From Candidatus Latescibacterota bacterium (GTDB taxonomy: Bacteria; Latescibacterota; UBA2968), in the NCBI GenBank assembly GCA_965204745.1, contig OZ242010.1, positions 3,296,001 to 3,360,000 of the forward strand: a DNA stretch of 64,000 nt, written 5' to 3'. Made by a program: the position numbers and the translations under genes. Positions 18,430-27,929 of this stretch are shown here, one piece after another. The number at the start of each line of letters is the position of its first letter. The first letter of the stretch is position 1. The notes beneath the pieces were generated by a model. The model was not told the DNA's origin, did no database searches, and was given only the letters and a program-made list of their open reading frames with translations.

Positions 18430-19467
18430 ATGGCAGAATACGATACGATTCCCAAGCAGTTGATGCACCTCTACCCGCAAGACCTCATCCGCTTGGCACT
18501 CGGACGCGAGGAGGTCGAAATTGAAGTTGAAGAAATCCTCGATACCGAACTCCCCAAGGTGGAAACGCGCCTGGTCGATAGCCTCCTTCGCGTGCGGATC
18601 GATGGCGAGGAAGCCTTGATCCACATCGAATTTCAAACCGCGGATAGCGCGAATATGGCTCGTCGCATGGCTTCCTATATCATCCGTCTCATCGAGCAGT
18701 ATGACTTGCCGGTCTATTCCTTTGTCATCTATCTACGTCCCAATGCCGGGCGGAGCGATAAAGGATTTTTCCGCCAAGATCATGCGGACTTCCCCGTGCT
18801 GGTGCGCTACAAGGTGATTCGGTTGAGCGAGTTGGATGGGCGCGGCATTCTTGAAGGTGACCAGGCCGGCTTGCTTCCTTTCGCGCCGTTGATGAAACCG
18901 CCTGTGGGGATGGATTCCGAGGACTGGTTGCGTGCGTGTGTTCGCAAGGGCGATTCGGTTTCGTTGGATCAGGCAGACAAGGCGAATTATTTGGGTAGCT
19001 TGGCGGTCTTGAGTGGGTTGGCTTATGATCCTGCCACCATCAACCGAATTTTTTCCCAGGAGGGTTTTATGGACGCGATTATGCGTGAGTCATCGTTTGC
19101 CCAGTACCTCGAGGAGCAGTTCAAGGAACAGTTTCTTGAGCAGGGAATCGAGCAGGGAATCGAGCAGGGAATCGAGCAGGGAATCGAGCAGGGAATCGAG
19201 CAGGGAATCGAGCAGGGAATCGAGCAGGGAATCGAGCAGGGAATCGAGCAGGGAATCGAGCAGGGAATCGAGCGAGGAGTCAGAGAACGAGCGGTTGAAG
19301 ACATCCTCGACGTGTTGGAGATTCGCTTTGATCCGGCCGTTGCCGGTCAGTTCGCCGGTCATATTGCGGTTATCGACGATTTGCAACGGCTCAAACGGTT
19401 GCATCGTGTAGCGGTGCAAGCGGATGACCTGGCGGCCTTTCAGCGCGTGTTGAATGCGGAGGCCTAA
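18430..19467 (+). CDS. Rpn/YhgA-like PD-(D/E)XK family protein with (EQGI)11 repeat
   Basis: VDSLL...HIEFQT...MARRMASY motifs; C-terminal EQGI repeats and LEIRF tail; AGGAGG RBS. Confidence 0.85.
   Translation: MAEYDTIPKQLMHLYPQDLIRLALGREEVEIEVEEILDTELPKVETRLVDSLLRVRIDGEEALIHIEFQTADSANMARRMASYIIRLIEQYDLPVYSFVIYLRPNAGRSDKGFFRQDHADFPVLVRYKVIRLSELDGRGILEGDQAGLLPFAPLMKPPVGMDSEDWLRACVRKGDSVSLDQADKANYLGSLAVLSGLAYDPATINRIFSQEGFMDAIMRESSFAQYLEEQFKEQFLEQGIEQGIEQGIEQGIEQGIEQGIEQGIEQGIEQGIEQGIEQGIERGVRERAVEDILDVLEIRFDPAVAGQFAGHIAVIDDLQRLKRLHRVAVQADDLAAFQRVLNAEA
19138..19269 (+). repeat. 12-bp coding tandem repeat (GAGCAGGGAATC) x11
   Basis: Perfect array seen directly. Confidence 0.97.
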
Positions 19468-19531
19468 CGCGCTTCCCTTAACGACCCAAGCCCTCGCATG
19501 CTGACCTTGAACGGATTGTTCGGGGCCAAGC

Positions 19532-19594
19532 GTTGCGAGGGCTTGTGCGTACATAGGACAATGGCGGGCGATGTTCCCAAAGCCGCTGACCACT
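19532..19594. repeat. 63-bp direct repeat, copy B
   Basis: Matches 18161-18223; preceded by the same CAAGCCCTCGCA arm (19487-19498). Confidence 0.9.
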
Positions 19595-19599
19595 AACGC

Positions 19600-20004
19600 A
19601 TGACAAACGACTTCACAATCGCAGGCGTGACCTACCGATCCCGACTGTTGATCGGCACCGCACGCTATCCCAACATGCAAGTGATGCTGGAGGCCATCGA
19701 GGCCAGCGGGGCAGAGATCGTCACCGTGGGGATCCGGCGGATCGACATGCATGACGCATCCGGCGAGGGCGTGCTCAATTTGCTCGACAGATCGCGCTAC
19801 GCCATTTTGCCCAATACGGCCGGGTGTTTCAAAGATACGCAACGTTCAGACTTGGGCGAAGGCTACGTGGATTTCCCCGCGTGCCGCGATGCCATTGCAA
19901 AAATCGGGTACGAGGGCTGGTTGATCTTTGAAACCCCCGCAGGAGACGACCCCATCGCATCGGGGACGAAAAACCTGGCGTTCGCAAAAGCGATGTTTGG
20001 GTAG
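19600..20004 (+). pseudogene. Chimeric ORF: thiazole synthase ThiG N-terminus fused to a sugar-phosphate isomerase/epimerase C-terminus
   Basis: SRLLIGTARY...EIVTVGIRR...LPNTAGCF (ThiG) followed by KDT..LGEGYVDF..IGYEGWLIFE (xylose-isomerase-like TIM barrel). Confidence 0.75.
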
Positions 20005-20072
20005 GGGAGGGAAGAGGGAAGACGTGAGAGGCTAGCAACCCTCTCCCATACTCCCCAAGCGAGGAAGCGATC

Positions 20073-21893
20073 TTGAACACGAGAAGAGGGACGCGCAACA
20101 ACACCGCGCGTCAAAATAGGCGTGTCTCGCGGCGGAAGCGCGGGAAAGAGCACAGCGAAACCGCGGAGACACAACAGCATCAGCCGCGCCGCGAATCGCG
20201 CAACCTGACGCGGTGGGACGCAATGGGCATCCTCGCGCTCGGCCTGCTGGTGGTGGTCTGCTACTTCCCGGCGTTCTTTGCCGGTTTTGTCTGGGATGAC
20301 CGCGTCTTCACCGAGGCCCGTGCGGTTCGGGACCTGGACGGCCTGTGGCGCATCTATTTCTCGCCCGCGGAGATCGAGAACGAGGCGCACTACTGGCCGT
20401 TGGTCTATACGACCTTCTGGTTAGAGCACAAGTTGTGGGGTTACGCCCCAACTGGCTACCACATCGTCAATGTTCTGCTACACCTCGTCAACACCCTGCT
20501 CCTTTGGCGTCTGATCGAGCGGTTGACCGTGCCCGGCGCATGGATCCTCGCCGCCGTGTTCGCAGTTCATCCCCTCCACGTCGAGTCTGTCGCCTGGGTG
20601 ATCGAGCGCAAGGACGTGCTCTCGGGGCTATTCTATCTCGCGGCCTTCTCGACCTACATTCGCTTTGTACAGGAGAAGCGTTCGGGACAGGGGCGAAAAC
20701 ACTACCTCTTGGCACTCGCGCTGTTCGCCCTGGGGTTATTGTGCAAGTCTATCGTGGTCACCTTGCCCGCGGCATTGTCGATCTATCATTGGTGGAAACA
20801 CGGTCGCATAACCGGCGCGGACCTGCTCGGGTTGGCGCCGTTCTTCGCGGTAGGTCTGATCGCCGCGGGCGCAGATGTGACATTCGCCGCGTCGCGAGAA
20901 CCCCTTGCCCTCGGCTACTCAATGCCCGAGCGGCTCCTCATCGCAACGCACGCCTTGGGGTTCTACGCGGGCAAGTTGCTGTGGCCGGTGGACTTAGCGG
21001 TTATCTATCCCCATTGGGAGGTGAACGTCACAGACCCGCTGGCATGGGGCTATGTCATAGCCGCTTTTGCAGTGGTCGCGGCACTTTATGGCTTTCGACA
21101 TCGGATCGGGCGAGGGCCGCTGGCCGGCGCGCTGTTCTTCGCGGTGACCCTGTCGCCCGTGCTCGGCTTTGTGGACTTCGGGTACATGCAGTTCTCCTTT
21201 GTCGCGGACCGTTACCAATATCTGGCCGGTATCGGGTTGATGACCGCGCTCGTCGGTGCCGCGACTTCTGGCGTGGGACGCTTGCCGGAGGGCTGGCGAA
21301 AGGGCGCGACGGGCGTCGCTGTGGTCGCGCTGATCGCCATGGGAACCCTGACCTATCAGCAGGCGGGCATCTACCGGGATGGCGTGACCTTCTTCACTCA
21401 CATCGTCGCCCACAATCCCACGGCGCGGGAAGCCCATCGAAATCTGGGCGAGGCATTGACCAAGCAGGGGCGTTGGGAAGAAGCCCTCGCCGCCTTTCGC
21501 ATTGCCGTAGCGCAGAACCCAAACGACGCCCGCGAGCACTCCAATATCGGAGCCGCGCTGATCATGCTAGACCGACTCGCCGAAGCCGAGGAACCGTTTC
21601 GCCAAGCCCTGAAGCTCAACCCGCGCTCAAAGTACGCCCTACAAAATTTGGCTGCTCTAAAGGTCAAACGACAACGCTACGGCGAAGCACTCGATCTCTA
21701 TCGCCGCCTCGTTGAGGTCACTCCCCGCAACCCGAGTGCCCACCACGGCGTGGGCACCGCGCTGTTCTTCTTGGGCAGACTCGATGAAGCACTCGCGGCA
21801 TTAGAGCGAGGACTGGCCCTAGACCCGACGCGCGGGGACATCCGGACCAACCGCGACGAGGTGCTGGCGATCTTGCGAAAACGCGGGCAATAA
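20073..21893 (+). CDS. TMTC-like GT-C glycosyltransferase with TPR repeats (paralog 2)
   Basis: Membrane domain highly similar to 6973-8793; divergent TPR tail; TTG start. Confidence 0.82.
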   Translation: MNTRRGTRNNTARQNRRVSRRKRGKEHSETAETQQHQPRRESRNLTRWDAMGILALGLLVVVCYFPAFFAGFVWDDRVFTEARAVRDLDGLWRIYFSPAEIENEAHYWPLVYTTFWLEHKLWGYAPTGYHIVNVLLHLVNTLLLWRLIERLTVPGAWILAAVFAVHPLHVESVAWVIERKDVLSGLFYLAAFSTYIRFVQEKRSGQGRKHYLLALALFALGLLCKSIVVTLPAALSIYHWWKHGRITGADLLGLAPFFAVGLIAAGADVTFAASREPLALGYSMPERLLIATHALGFYAGKLLWPVDLAVIYPHWEVNVTDPLAWGYVIAAFAVVAALYGFRHRIGRGPLAGALFFAVTLSPVLGFVDFGYMQFSFVADRYQYLAGIGLMTALVGAATSGVGRLPEGWRKGATGVAVVALIAMGTLTYQQAGIYRDGVTFFTHIVAHNPTAREAHRNLGEALTKQGRWEEALAAFRIAVAQNPNDAREHSNIGAALIMLDRLAEAEEPFRQALKLNPRSKYALQNLAALKVKRQRYGEALDLYRRLVEVTPRNPSAHHGVGTALFFLGRLDEALAALERGLALDPTRGDIRTNRDEVLAILRKRGQ

Positions 21894-21927
21894 TCGAATT
21901 CAAAAAATAACGCGGAGGCATATCGTT

Positions 21928-24900
21928 TTGACCCATCCATTTTTTGAACAACCCATTCTCAACTCGCCTTATGCCCACCCGAGCCGGCATTGGGAATTGG
22001 ACGAGGCCGGGCAACCGACTCAGCAGATCATCGAAAGCCGGAGGCAGGTCAAATTCATCACGCCGATCCCAAAGCCGAAGCGGCAAAGGGGCGCGAAACA
22101 AGCGGCGCTGATCTTCGACGAGGGCAAAGGGCTTTCAACCGAGCAACAACAGTACGCACACGCGGAAATCATCAACGGGGTCCGGCGGCAGATCGACCAA
22201 TGGCGAACCATACCCGACCCGAGCCAATGGCGCGTGACCCCCGAGACCGGGTGCTTGCTCCGGCACTGGCGGCATCATGCCTTCAGCGGGATTCGGCCCT
22301 TCTTCTGCCAAATTGAAGCAGTGGAGACCGCGATATGGCTCGCCGAGGTCGCGCCGCGCATGGGGCGCGTTGGCAGAGACTTCCTCGATCATCTGGCAAA
22401 TGCCAACAACGACGCCAACCCCGAGTTGCCGCGTCTCGCGCTCAAGTTGGCGACAGGCGCGGGCAAGACCACTGTGATGGCGATGTTGATCGCCTGGCAG
22501 ACCATCAATGCGGTACGCCATCCCCAAAGCCGCAGATTCACGTGCGGGTTTCTCGTGGTCACGCCCGGCATCACCATCAAAGATCGCCTCCGCGTGTTGC
22601 AACCCCATGATCCGGACAGCTATTACCAAAGCCGCGAATTGATCCCAAGCGACATGCTGCCCGATCTAAAAAAGGCCAAGATCGTCATCACCAATTACCA
22701 CGCCTTTAAGCGGCGCGAGCGCATCGAACTCGCCAAAGGCAGTCGCTCCTTGCTTCAAGGACGCGGCGAGGCCCTCTCGACTTTGGAAGCCGGGGGGCAG
22801 ATGTTGCGCCGGGTCATGCCCGAACTCATGAACATAAAAAATATCATGGTTCTCAACGACGAAGCGCACCATTGCTACCGGGAAAAGCCGGGCGAGGATG
22901 GGGAAGGCAGGCTCACGGGCGACGACCAGCGGGAAGCCCAAAAGAACCGGGAAGCGGCCCGCCTGTGGATTTCCGGGCTCGAAACAGTGGGCAAAAAACT
23001 CGGCATCGGCCGGGTGATGGATCTCTCTGCGACGCCATTCTTTTTGCGCGGGTCGGGCTATGCCGAAGGCACGTTGTTCCCCTGGACAATGAGCGACTTT
23101 TCGCTGATGGACGCCATTGAATGCGGCATTGTCAAGTTGCCCCGCGTGCCCGTGGCCGACAACATCCCCGGCGGAGACATGCCGAAGTTCCGCAATCTTT
23201 GGGAACACATCCGCACCGCCATGCCAAAGGCGAGCCGGTCCAAATTCCTCGATCCCCACAGCCTGCCCGTAGAACTCCAGACCGCCCTAGACGCGCTGTA
23301 CGGGCATTACGAGCAAACCTTTGAGCAGATGCAAGCGGCGGGCATTGCCATGCCGCCGTGCTTTATCGTGGTGTGCAACAACATCTCGACCTCCAAGTTG
23401 GTCTATGACTACATCTCGGGTTTTTACCGGGAAAATGACGACGGTTCGCGGATCTTGGAAAACGGCCGCCTGCACCTTTTCCGCAATTTTGACGAGAATG
23501 GCAACCCGTACGCCCGGCCGCGCACCTTGTTGGTCAACAGCGAACAATTGGAATCTGGCGACGCGCTGGACAAAAACTTCCGCGCCATGGCCGCAGACGA
23601 GATCGAACGCTTCCGGCGCGAAATCATCGCACGCACCGGGGATCGCCACCGCGCCGAGAACATCGACGATCAAGCGTTGTTGCGCGAGGTGATGAATACC
23701 GTGGGCAAACCGGGGCGGCTCGGGGATTCGATTCGCTGCGTGGTGTCCGTGGCCATGCTCACCGAAGGGTGGGACGCAAATACCGTCAGCCATGTGCTGG
23801 GCATTCGCGCTTTTGGCACGCAGTTGCTCTGCGAGCAGGTCATCGGCCGCGCCCTGCGCCGGCAATCCTACGATCTCAATGACCAGGGCCTGTTCGACGT
23901 GGAGTACGCCGACGTGTTGGGCATCCCCTTCGATTTTACGGCAAAGCCCGTCGTTGCCCCGCCGCAAAAGCCGCGCGCGACCATTCAGGTCAAAGCCGTG
24001 CGCCCCGAACGAGACGCGCTTGAAATTCGCTTTCCGCGCGTGGCCGGGTACCGCGTGGCACTGCCGCAAGAGCGACTTCGCGCCGCGTTTAATGACGACG
24101 CGACGCTCATGCTCACGCCCGATCTCGTGGGGCCATCGCGCACGCACAACCAAGGGATCATCGGCGAGGGCGTCGATCTCACGCTGATTCACACCAACGA
24201 CCTGCGGCGCACGACCTTGCTCTTTCACCTGACCAAGCGGTTGCTCTACACAAAGTGGCGCGATCCGGGCGAGGTGCCAAAGCTCCACCTGTTCGGCCAA
24301 CTCAAACAGATCACGCGCCAGTGGCTGACCGACCACCTCGTTTGCAAGGGCGGCACGTACCCCGCGCAACTGATGTACCAGGAACTGGCCGACATCGCCT
24401 GCGAGCGCATCACCGCCGCGATCACGCGCCACCACGCAACCGAGCGCCCCATCGAGGTCATGCTCGATTCCTACAATCCCTCGGGATCCACCGCGCAGAT
24501 CCACTTCAACACGTCCAAGACCAGCCGCTACGAAACCGATGCGCGGCGTTGCCACGTCAACTGGGTCGTCCTCGACAGCGATTGGGAAGCCGAGTTTTGC
24601 CGCGTTGCCGAATCCCATCCGCGCGTCAAAGCCTACGTCAAAAACCACAATCTCGGCCTGGAGGTGCCCTATCGCGTGGGCGCAAAGTCCCGCACGTACA
24701 TCCCGGATTTCATCGTGCAGCTTGACGATGGCGATGCCGACCCGTTGCACCTGATCGCGGAGATCAAGGGCTACCGCGGCGAAGACGCAAAGGACAAGAA
24801 GACCGCGATGGAAACCTATTGGATCCCGGGCGTGAACCGCCTCCGCGATTACGGTCGTTGGGCCTTTGCCGAACTCACCGATGTTTATGAAATCGAATCC

Positions 24901-24951
24901 GCATTTGCCGATTGTGTCCGCCGGTTAGTCGCAAATCCGCCCCAAAGTTGA
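21928..24951 (+). CDS. res: Type III restriction enzyme Res subunit (SF2 helicase plus PD-(D/E)XK nuclease)
   Basis: ATGAGKT, DEAH, SAT, LTEGWD, QVIGRALR and PDFIV...EIKG motifs; GGAGG RBS before TTG. Confidence 0.88.
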   Translation: MTHPFFEQPILNSPYAHPSRHWELDEAGQPTQQIIESRRQVKFITPIPKPKRQRGAKQAALIFDEGKGLSTEQQQYAHAEIINGVRRQIDQWRTIPDPSQWRVTPETGCLLRHWRHHAFSGIRPFFCQIEAVETAIWLAEVAPRMGRVGRDFLDHLANANNDANPELPRLALKLATGAGKTTVMAMLIAWQTINAVRHPQSRRFTCGFLVVTPGITIKDRLRVLQPHDPDSYYQSRELIPSDMLPDLKKAKIVITNYHAFKRRERIELAKGSRSLLQGRGEALSTLEAGGQMLRRVMPELMNIKNIMVLNDEAHHCYREKPGEDGEGRLTGDDQREAQKNREAARLWISGLETVGKKLGIGRVMDLSATPFFLRGSGYAEGTLFPWTMSDFSLMDAIECGIVKLPRVPVADNIPGGDMPKFRNLWEHIRTAMPKASRSKFLDPHSLPVELQTALDALYGHYEQTFEQMQAAGIAMPPCFIVVCNNISTSKLVYDYISGFYRENDDGSRILENGRLHLFRNFDENGNPYARPRTLLVNSEQLESGDALDKNFRAMAADEIERFRREIIARTGDRHRAENIDDQALLREVMNTVGKPGRLGDSIRCVVSVAMLTEGWDANTVSHVLGIRAFGTQLLCEQVIGRALRRQSYDLNDQGLFDVEYADVLGIPFDFTAKPVVAPPQKPRATIQVKAVRPERDALEIRFPRVAGYRVALPQERLRAAFNDDATLMLTPDLVGPSRTHNQGIIGEGVDLTLIHTNDLRRTTLLFHLTKRLLYTKWRDPGEVPKLHLFGQLKQITRQWLTDHLVCKGGTYPAQLMYQELADIACERITAAITRHHATERPIEVMLDSYNPSGSTAQIHFNTSKTSRYETDARRCHVNWVVLDSDWEAEFCRVAESHPRVKAYVKNHNLGLEVPYRVGAKSRTYIPDFIVQLDDGDADPLHLIAEIKGYRGEDAKDKKTAMETYWIPGVNRLRDYGRWAFAELTDVYEIESAFADCVRRLVANPPQS

Positions 24952-24986
24952 CAAATGGTGACTGGTTTTCTATCTTTTTTGTCAAC
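24947..24986 (+). promoter_or_regulatory. Repeated sigma70-type promoter module, copy A (TTGACA-17-TATCTT, bounded by GTTGAC/GTCAAC)
   Basis: Consensus spacing; overlaps res stop codon; repeated at 25829 and 27976. Confidence 0.7.
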
Positions 24987-25039
24987 TGAGCGAATCAGTC
25001 ATTGTCGATGCGGGTGGCTTTTAATGAAAGGCGGTAACA

Positions 25040-25438
25040 GTGGATACAGGGCTTAATTTTTCGCGTGTATTGAAGTACGAAGGTTTTGTTGCATTCTGGC
25101 TTCTCCTTGTCGATAGTCTTGCGGTCATGTTATGGTTGAATAAATTTGGTCTGAATCCGTATCGAGGCATTCAAGGCGCGGGTGATATGGTGGGCTTTGT
25201 TGCCTTGTTGTTGTTCATTCCTTTATCAGCATTGGAGGCGATCATGATTTTTTATCAAATGTTTAAGGAGCGAGAACGCCGAGAAGGGCGCGAAGAAGGG
25301 CTTCAAGAAGGACGCCAAGAAGGACGCGAAGAAGCGCGGCAGGAATTGCTTCAAGAGCTCACTCGCGTGTTTGCGGGCGATAAAGACGCCATGGAAAAGA
25401 TCGATAAATTTTTCAATGGCACAGCCAGTCAGAAGTAA
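25040..25438 (+). CDS. Small membrane protein (2 TM) with C-terminal EGREEG-type charged repeat
   Basis: GTG start after GAAAGG; two hydrophobic segments; internal GGAGG-N5-ATG at 25244. Confidence 0.65.
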   Translation: MDTGLNFSRVLKYEGFVAFWLLLVDSLAVMLWLNKFGLNPYRGIQGAGDMVGFVALLLFIPLSALEAIMIFYQMFKERERREGREEGLQEGRQEGREEARQELLQELTRVFAGDKDAMEKIDKFFNGTASQK

Positions 25439-25482
25439 ATCGCAAAACATTATTCGGCCCTTTATCATCACTGGAGGCGATC

Positions 25483-25701
25483 ATGATTTTTTACGAAATG
25501 TTTAAGAAGCGAGAACGCCGAGAAGGGCGCGAAGAAGGACGCCGAGAAGGACGCCAAAAAGGGCTTCAAGAAGGGCGTAGAGAAGGGCTTCAAGAAGCGC
25601 GGCAGGAATTGCTTCAAGAGCTCACTCGCGTGTTTGCGGGCGATAAAGACGCCATGGAGAAGATCGATAAATTTTTCAATGGCACAGCCAGTCAAAAGTA
25701 A
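25483..25701 (+). CDS. Duplicated C-terminal module of the preceding gene with its own RBS
   Basis: Near-identical to 25244-25438, including the GGAGGCGATCATG start context; two extra 4-aa repeat units. Confidence 0.6.
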   Translation: MIFYEMFKKRERREGREEGRREGRQKGLQEGRREGLQEARQELLQELTRVFAGDKDAMEKIDKFFNGTASQK

Positions 25702-25828
25702 ATCGCAAGGCGTTATTCGGCATTGGACGTGCAAAGTACGTGGCGCGGAGTTAAATGCGAGGCGGAACATTCGCAACACCCGTTGCCTCTGTTGCGAGAC
25801 TTGATTGACAAAGCCATCAACCCCAAAG

Positions 25829-25869
25829 GTTGACAAATGGTGATAGGTATTCTATCTTTATTTTTGTCA
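25829..25869 (+). promoter_or_regulatory. Promoter module copy B, interrupted at its GTCAAC arm by IS982
   Basis: TTGACA-17-TATCTT; remainder resumes at 27942. Confidence 0.65.
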
Positions 25870-25882
25870 ATGCGAATTAAGA

Positions 25883-26959
25883 TAGGACTTACGCCAGGGT
25901 CATTGGTATCGCCGGTGTTTTGAGTTGTTGTCTCAAATAGTCCTCCCATAAGCCATGTTTGACTTGAGAGATGGTTTGTCCGGTCTGATGGGCGACTTGG
26001 GTCAGTCGTCCCCAAACGAGAAAGGCACACGCAATGTGGTTTCGCACAATGCGTGCCAATCGGCATTGACACTTTTCAAGCCCCGTTACCTGTTTTGCTT
26101 CCCGGTGAACTTGCTCAATCTTCCAACGCAAGTGGCACACCTCTTGTGCCACCGACGGGTCGGTTTGCGTCAAGTCGTTGGTTACGATATACGCCGTGCG
26201 TCCCGTAGGAGATGCAACCCGGAATACGTTCACCTTATGGTTTTTGGGGAACCCTCTGAGTTTCATGCGTTTTCCTGTGGCCTGTTCGCGTTTTGTCCAA
26301 GTTAAGGCATCGACCCGTTGATAGGGGTTTTCACCTGCCGAATCGTCCACGAGGCGATTCTTTTTAATAGGACAGGAATAGGTCTTTTGCAAGTGCTCAA
26401 TGTGAAGCATGACCGCTTTGGTGGCATACCAAGTATCCATCACGACCCGATCAAAAGGCAGCTTTTTGTGATAGACCAAGAGTGACAACATCTCTTTGAC
26501 GGGGTCTAACTTGGTTTTTCCGTCCCCTTCTGGGTCGTAAATGCGAGAGTCAATCAACCAAAACGGATCGGTAACCGGATTGACAGACACACATGTCACC
26601 ACACCGATCCCATTGATGACCCCCTTCGCATTGCCACTGTATTGCCGACGCACGAGGGCCATCTTTTTCGCATAGCGCTTGTCTTGGACCGTATCATCAA
26701 AGAGAACCACGCCCTTTGCGGTCGACGTGAGGTGGGGTTTGACGTTTTTCCAGATCTCACGCGGCGAGACGCGATCCCCACTCAGCGTGCGGTTGAGCAT
26801 ATCATGCGTGAACTGGTCGCTGTGATCTGCGAAATGAGTCAGGGTATAGTTGTGCGGACTACTAAGCAATACTGGCAGTAATCCAGGCGCGTTGGTTTCG
26901 CCATACAGACCTCCAATGTGAGGATGGGGGGCGTCCCGTTCTTTTTTGCGTAAGTCCTA
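25883..26959 (-). mobile_element. IS701-family element, copy 1
   Basis: IRs TAGGACTTACGC; 6-bp TSD TTAAGA (25877-25882, 26960-26965). Confidence 0.9.
25889..26904 (-). pseudogene. IS701 transposase, frameshifted near the 5' end
   Basis: 1-nt deletion near 26870 relative to the intact copy (1016 vs 1017 nt); FDDT, MDTWY, RWKIE motifs. Confidence 0.8.
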
Positions 26960-27035
26960 TTAAGAGTTGAATCCATCGCGTACTTGTCTTTTCTTGAGGG
27001 CTCAACCATTTCACCCTTAAAGGAAGGAGCACGCG

Positions 27036-27929
27036 ATGGATTGGCAAGATAAACTCATTCACTTGTATGTCTATATTTGTCAGCAGTATGACCAAAAGCA
27101 TCTGTGGTTTTATACACAACGCATGAGTAATAACGATACGCCGACCTTCACAGATGAAGAAGTGCTGACGATCTATCTGTTTGGGATCATGCAACAACAC
27201 ACGCAGATCAAGGCGATTTATACCTATACCAAGGATCATCTTTCCGACTGGTTTCCCCATCTGCCCACTTATGCAGGCTATATCCAGCGGTTGAACCGTT
27301 TGTGTGTGGTCTTCGCCCCATTGATTGAACAGATCCAAAAGGACAGTCCCGCAACCGATGTCTCTGAACACACCTACAGGGTGGATTCCATGCCGATTGT
27401 TATGGCACAATCGGCACGTAGCGGAAAGGCATGTGTGGCCGAAGAACAACTGGCCAACAAAGGCCGGTGCGCTTCCAAAAAGATGTGGTATTACGGCACT
27501 AAACTGCACATTGTCGCACAAGACCGAGCGAATGGCCTGCCCAAAGCAGAGTACTTCGGCTTGACAGGCGCAGCAGAGCATGACCTGACCGCTTTGCGAC
27601 AAGGCTTACCCGTTTTGCGGGATGGACACCTCTACGGCGATAAAATCTACGCCGATCAGCCCTTAAAAGACACGCTTAGCAAACAGCAGAACCTGATCTT
27701 CAAGACGCCGGTGAAGCGAAAGAAGGGGCAAGAAAGCCTGACCGAGGCCGAAAAAGACTTTTCTCGGGCGGTTTCGAGCATGCGACAGCCTATAGAGGCC
27801 TTGTTCAGTTGGATTGAACGAAAGACGAACATCTCGATGGCGTCTCGGGTACGATCCTATGAGGGCTTACTCGTTCATGTCTTTGGGCGATTGACCGCGG
27901 CTTGCTTCTTACTCGCTTTCTACTCTTGA
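27036..27929 (+). CDS. IS982-family DDE transposase
   Basis: FTDEEVLT, VDSMPI, YYGTKLH, GDKIY and RQPIEALF motifs. Confidence 0.88.
   Translation: MDWQDKLIHLYVYICQQYDQKHLWFYTQRMSNNDTPTFTDEEVLTIYLFGIMQQHTQIKAIYTYTKDHLSDWFPHLPTYAGYIQRLNRLCVVFAPLIEQIQKDSPATDVSEHTYRVDSMPIVMAQSARSGKACVAEEQLANKGRCASKKMWYYGTKLHIVAQDRANGLPKAEYFGLTGAAEHDLTALRQGLPVLRDGHLYGDKIYADQPLKDTLSKQQNLIFKTPVKRKKGQESLTEAEKDFSRAVSSMRQPIEALFSWIERKTNISMASRVRSYEGLLVHVFGRLTAACFLLAFYS

Noticed and set aside
23287-24750. Long antisense ORFs over res and other GC-rich genes (also 5634-6707, 56605-57750)
   Set aside because: Typical high-GC shadow frames opposite well-supported genes
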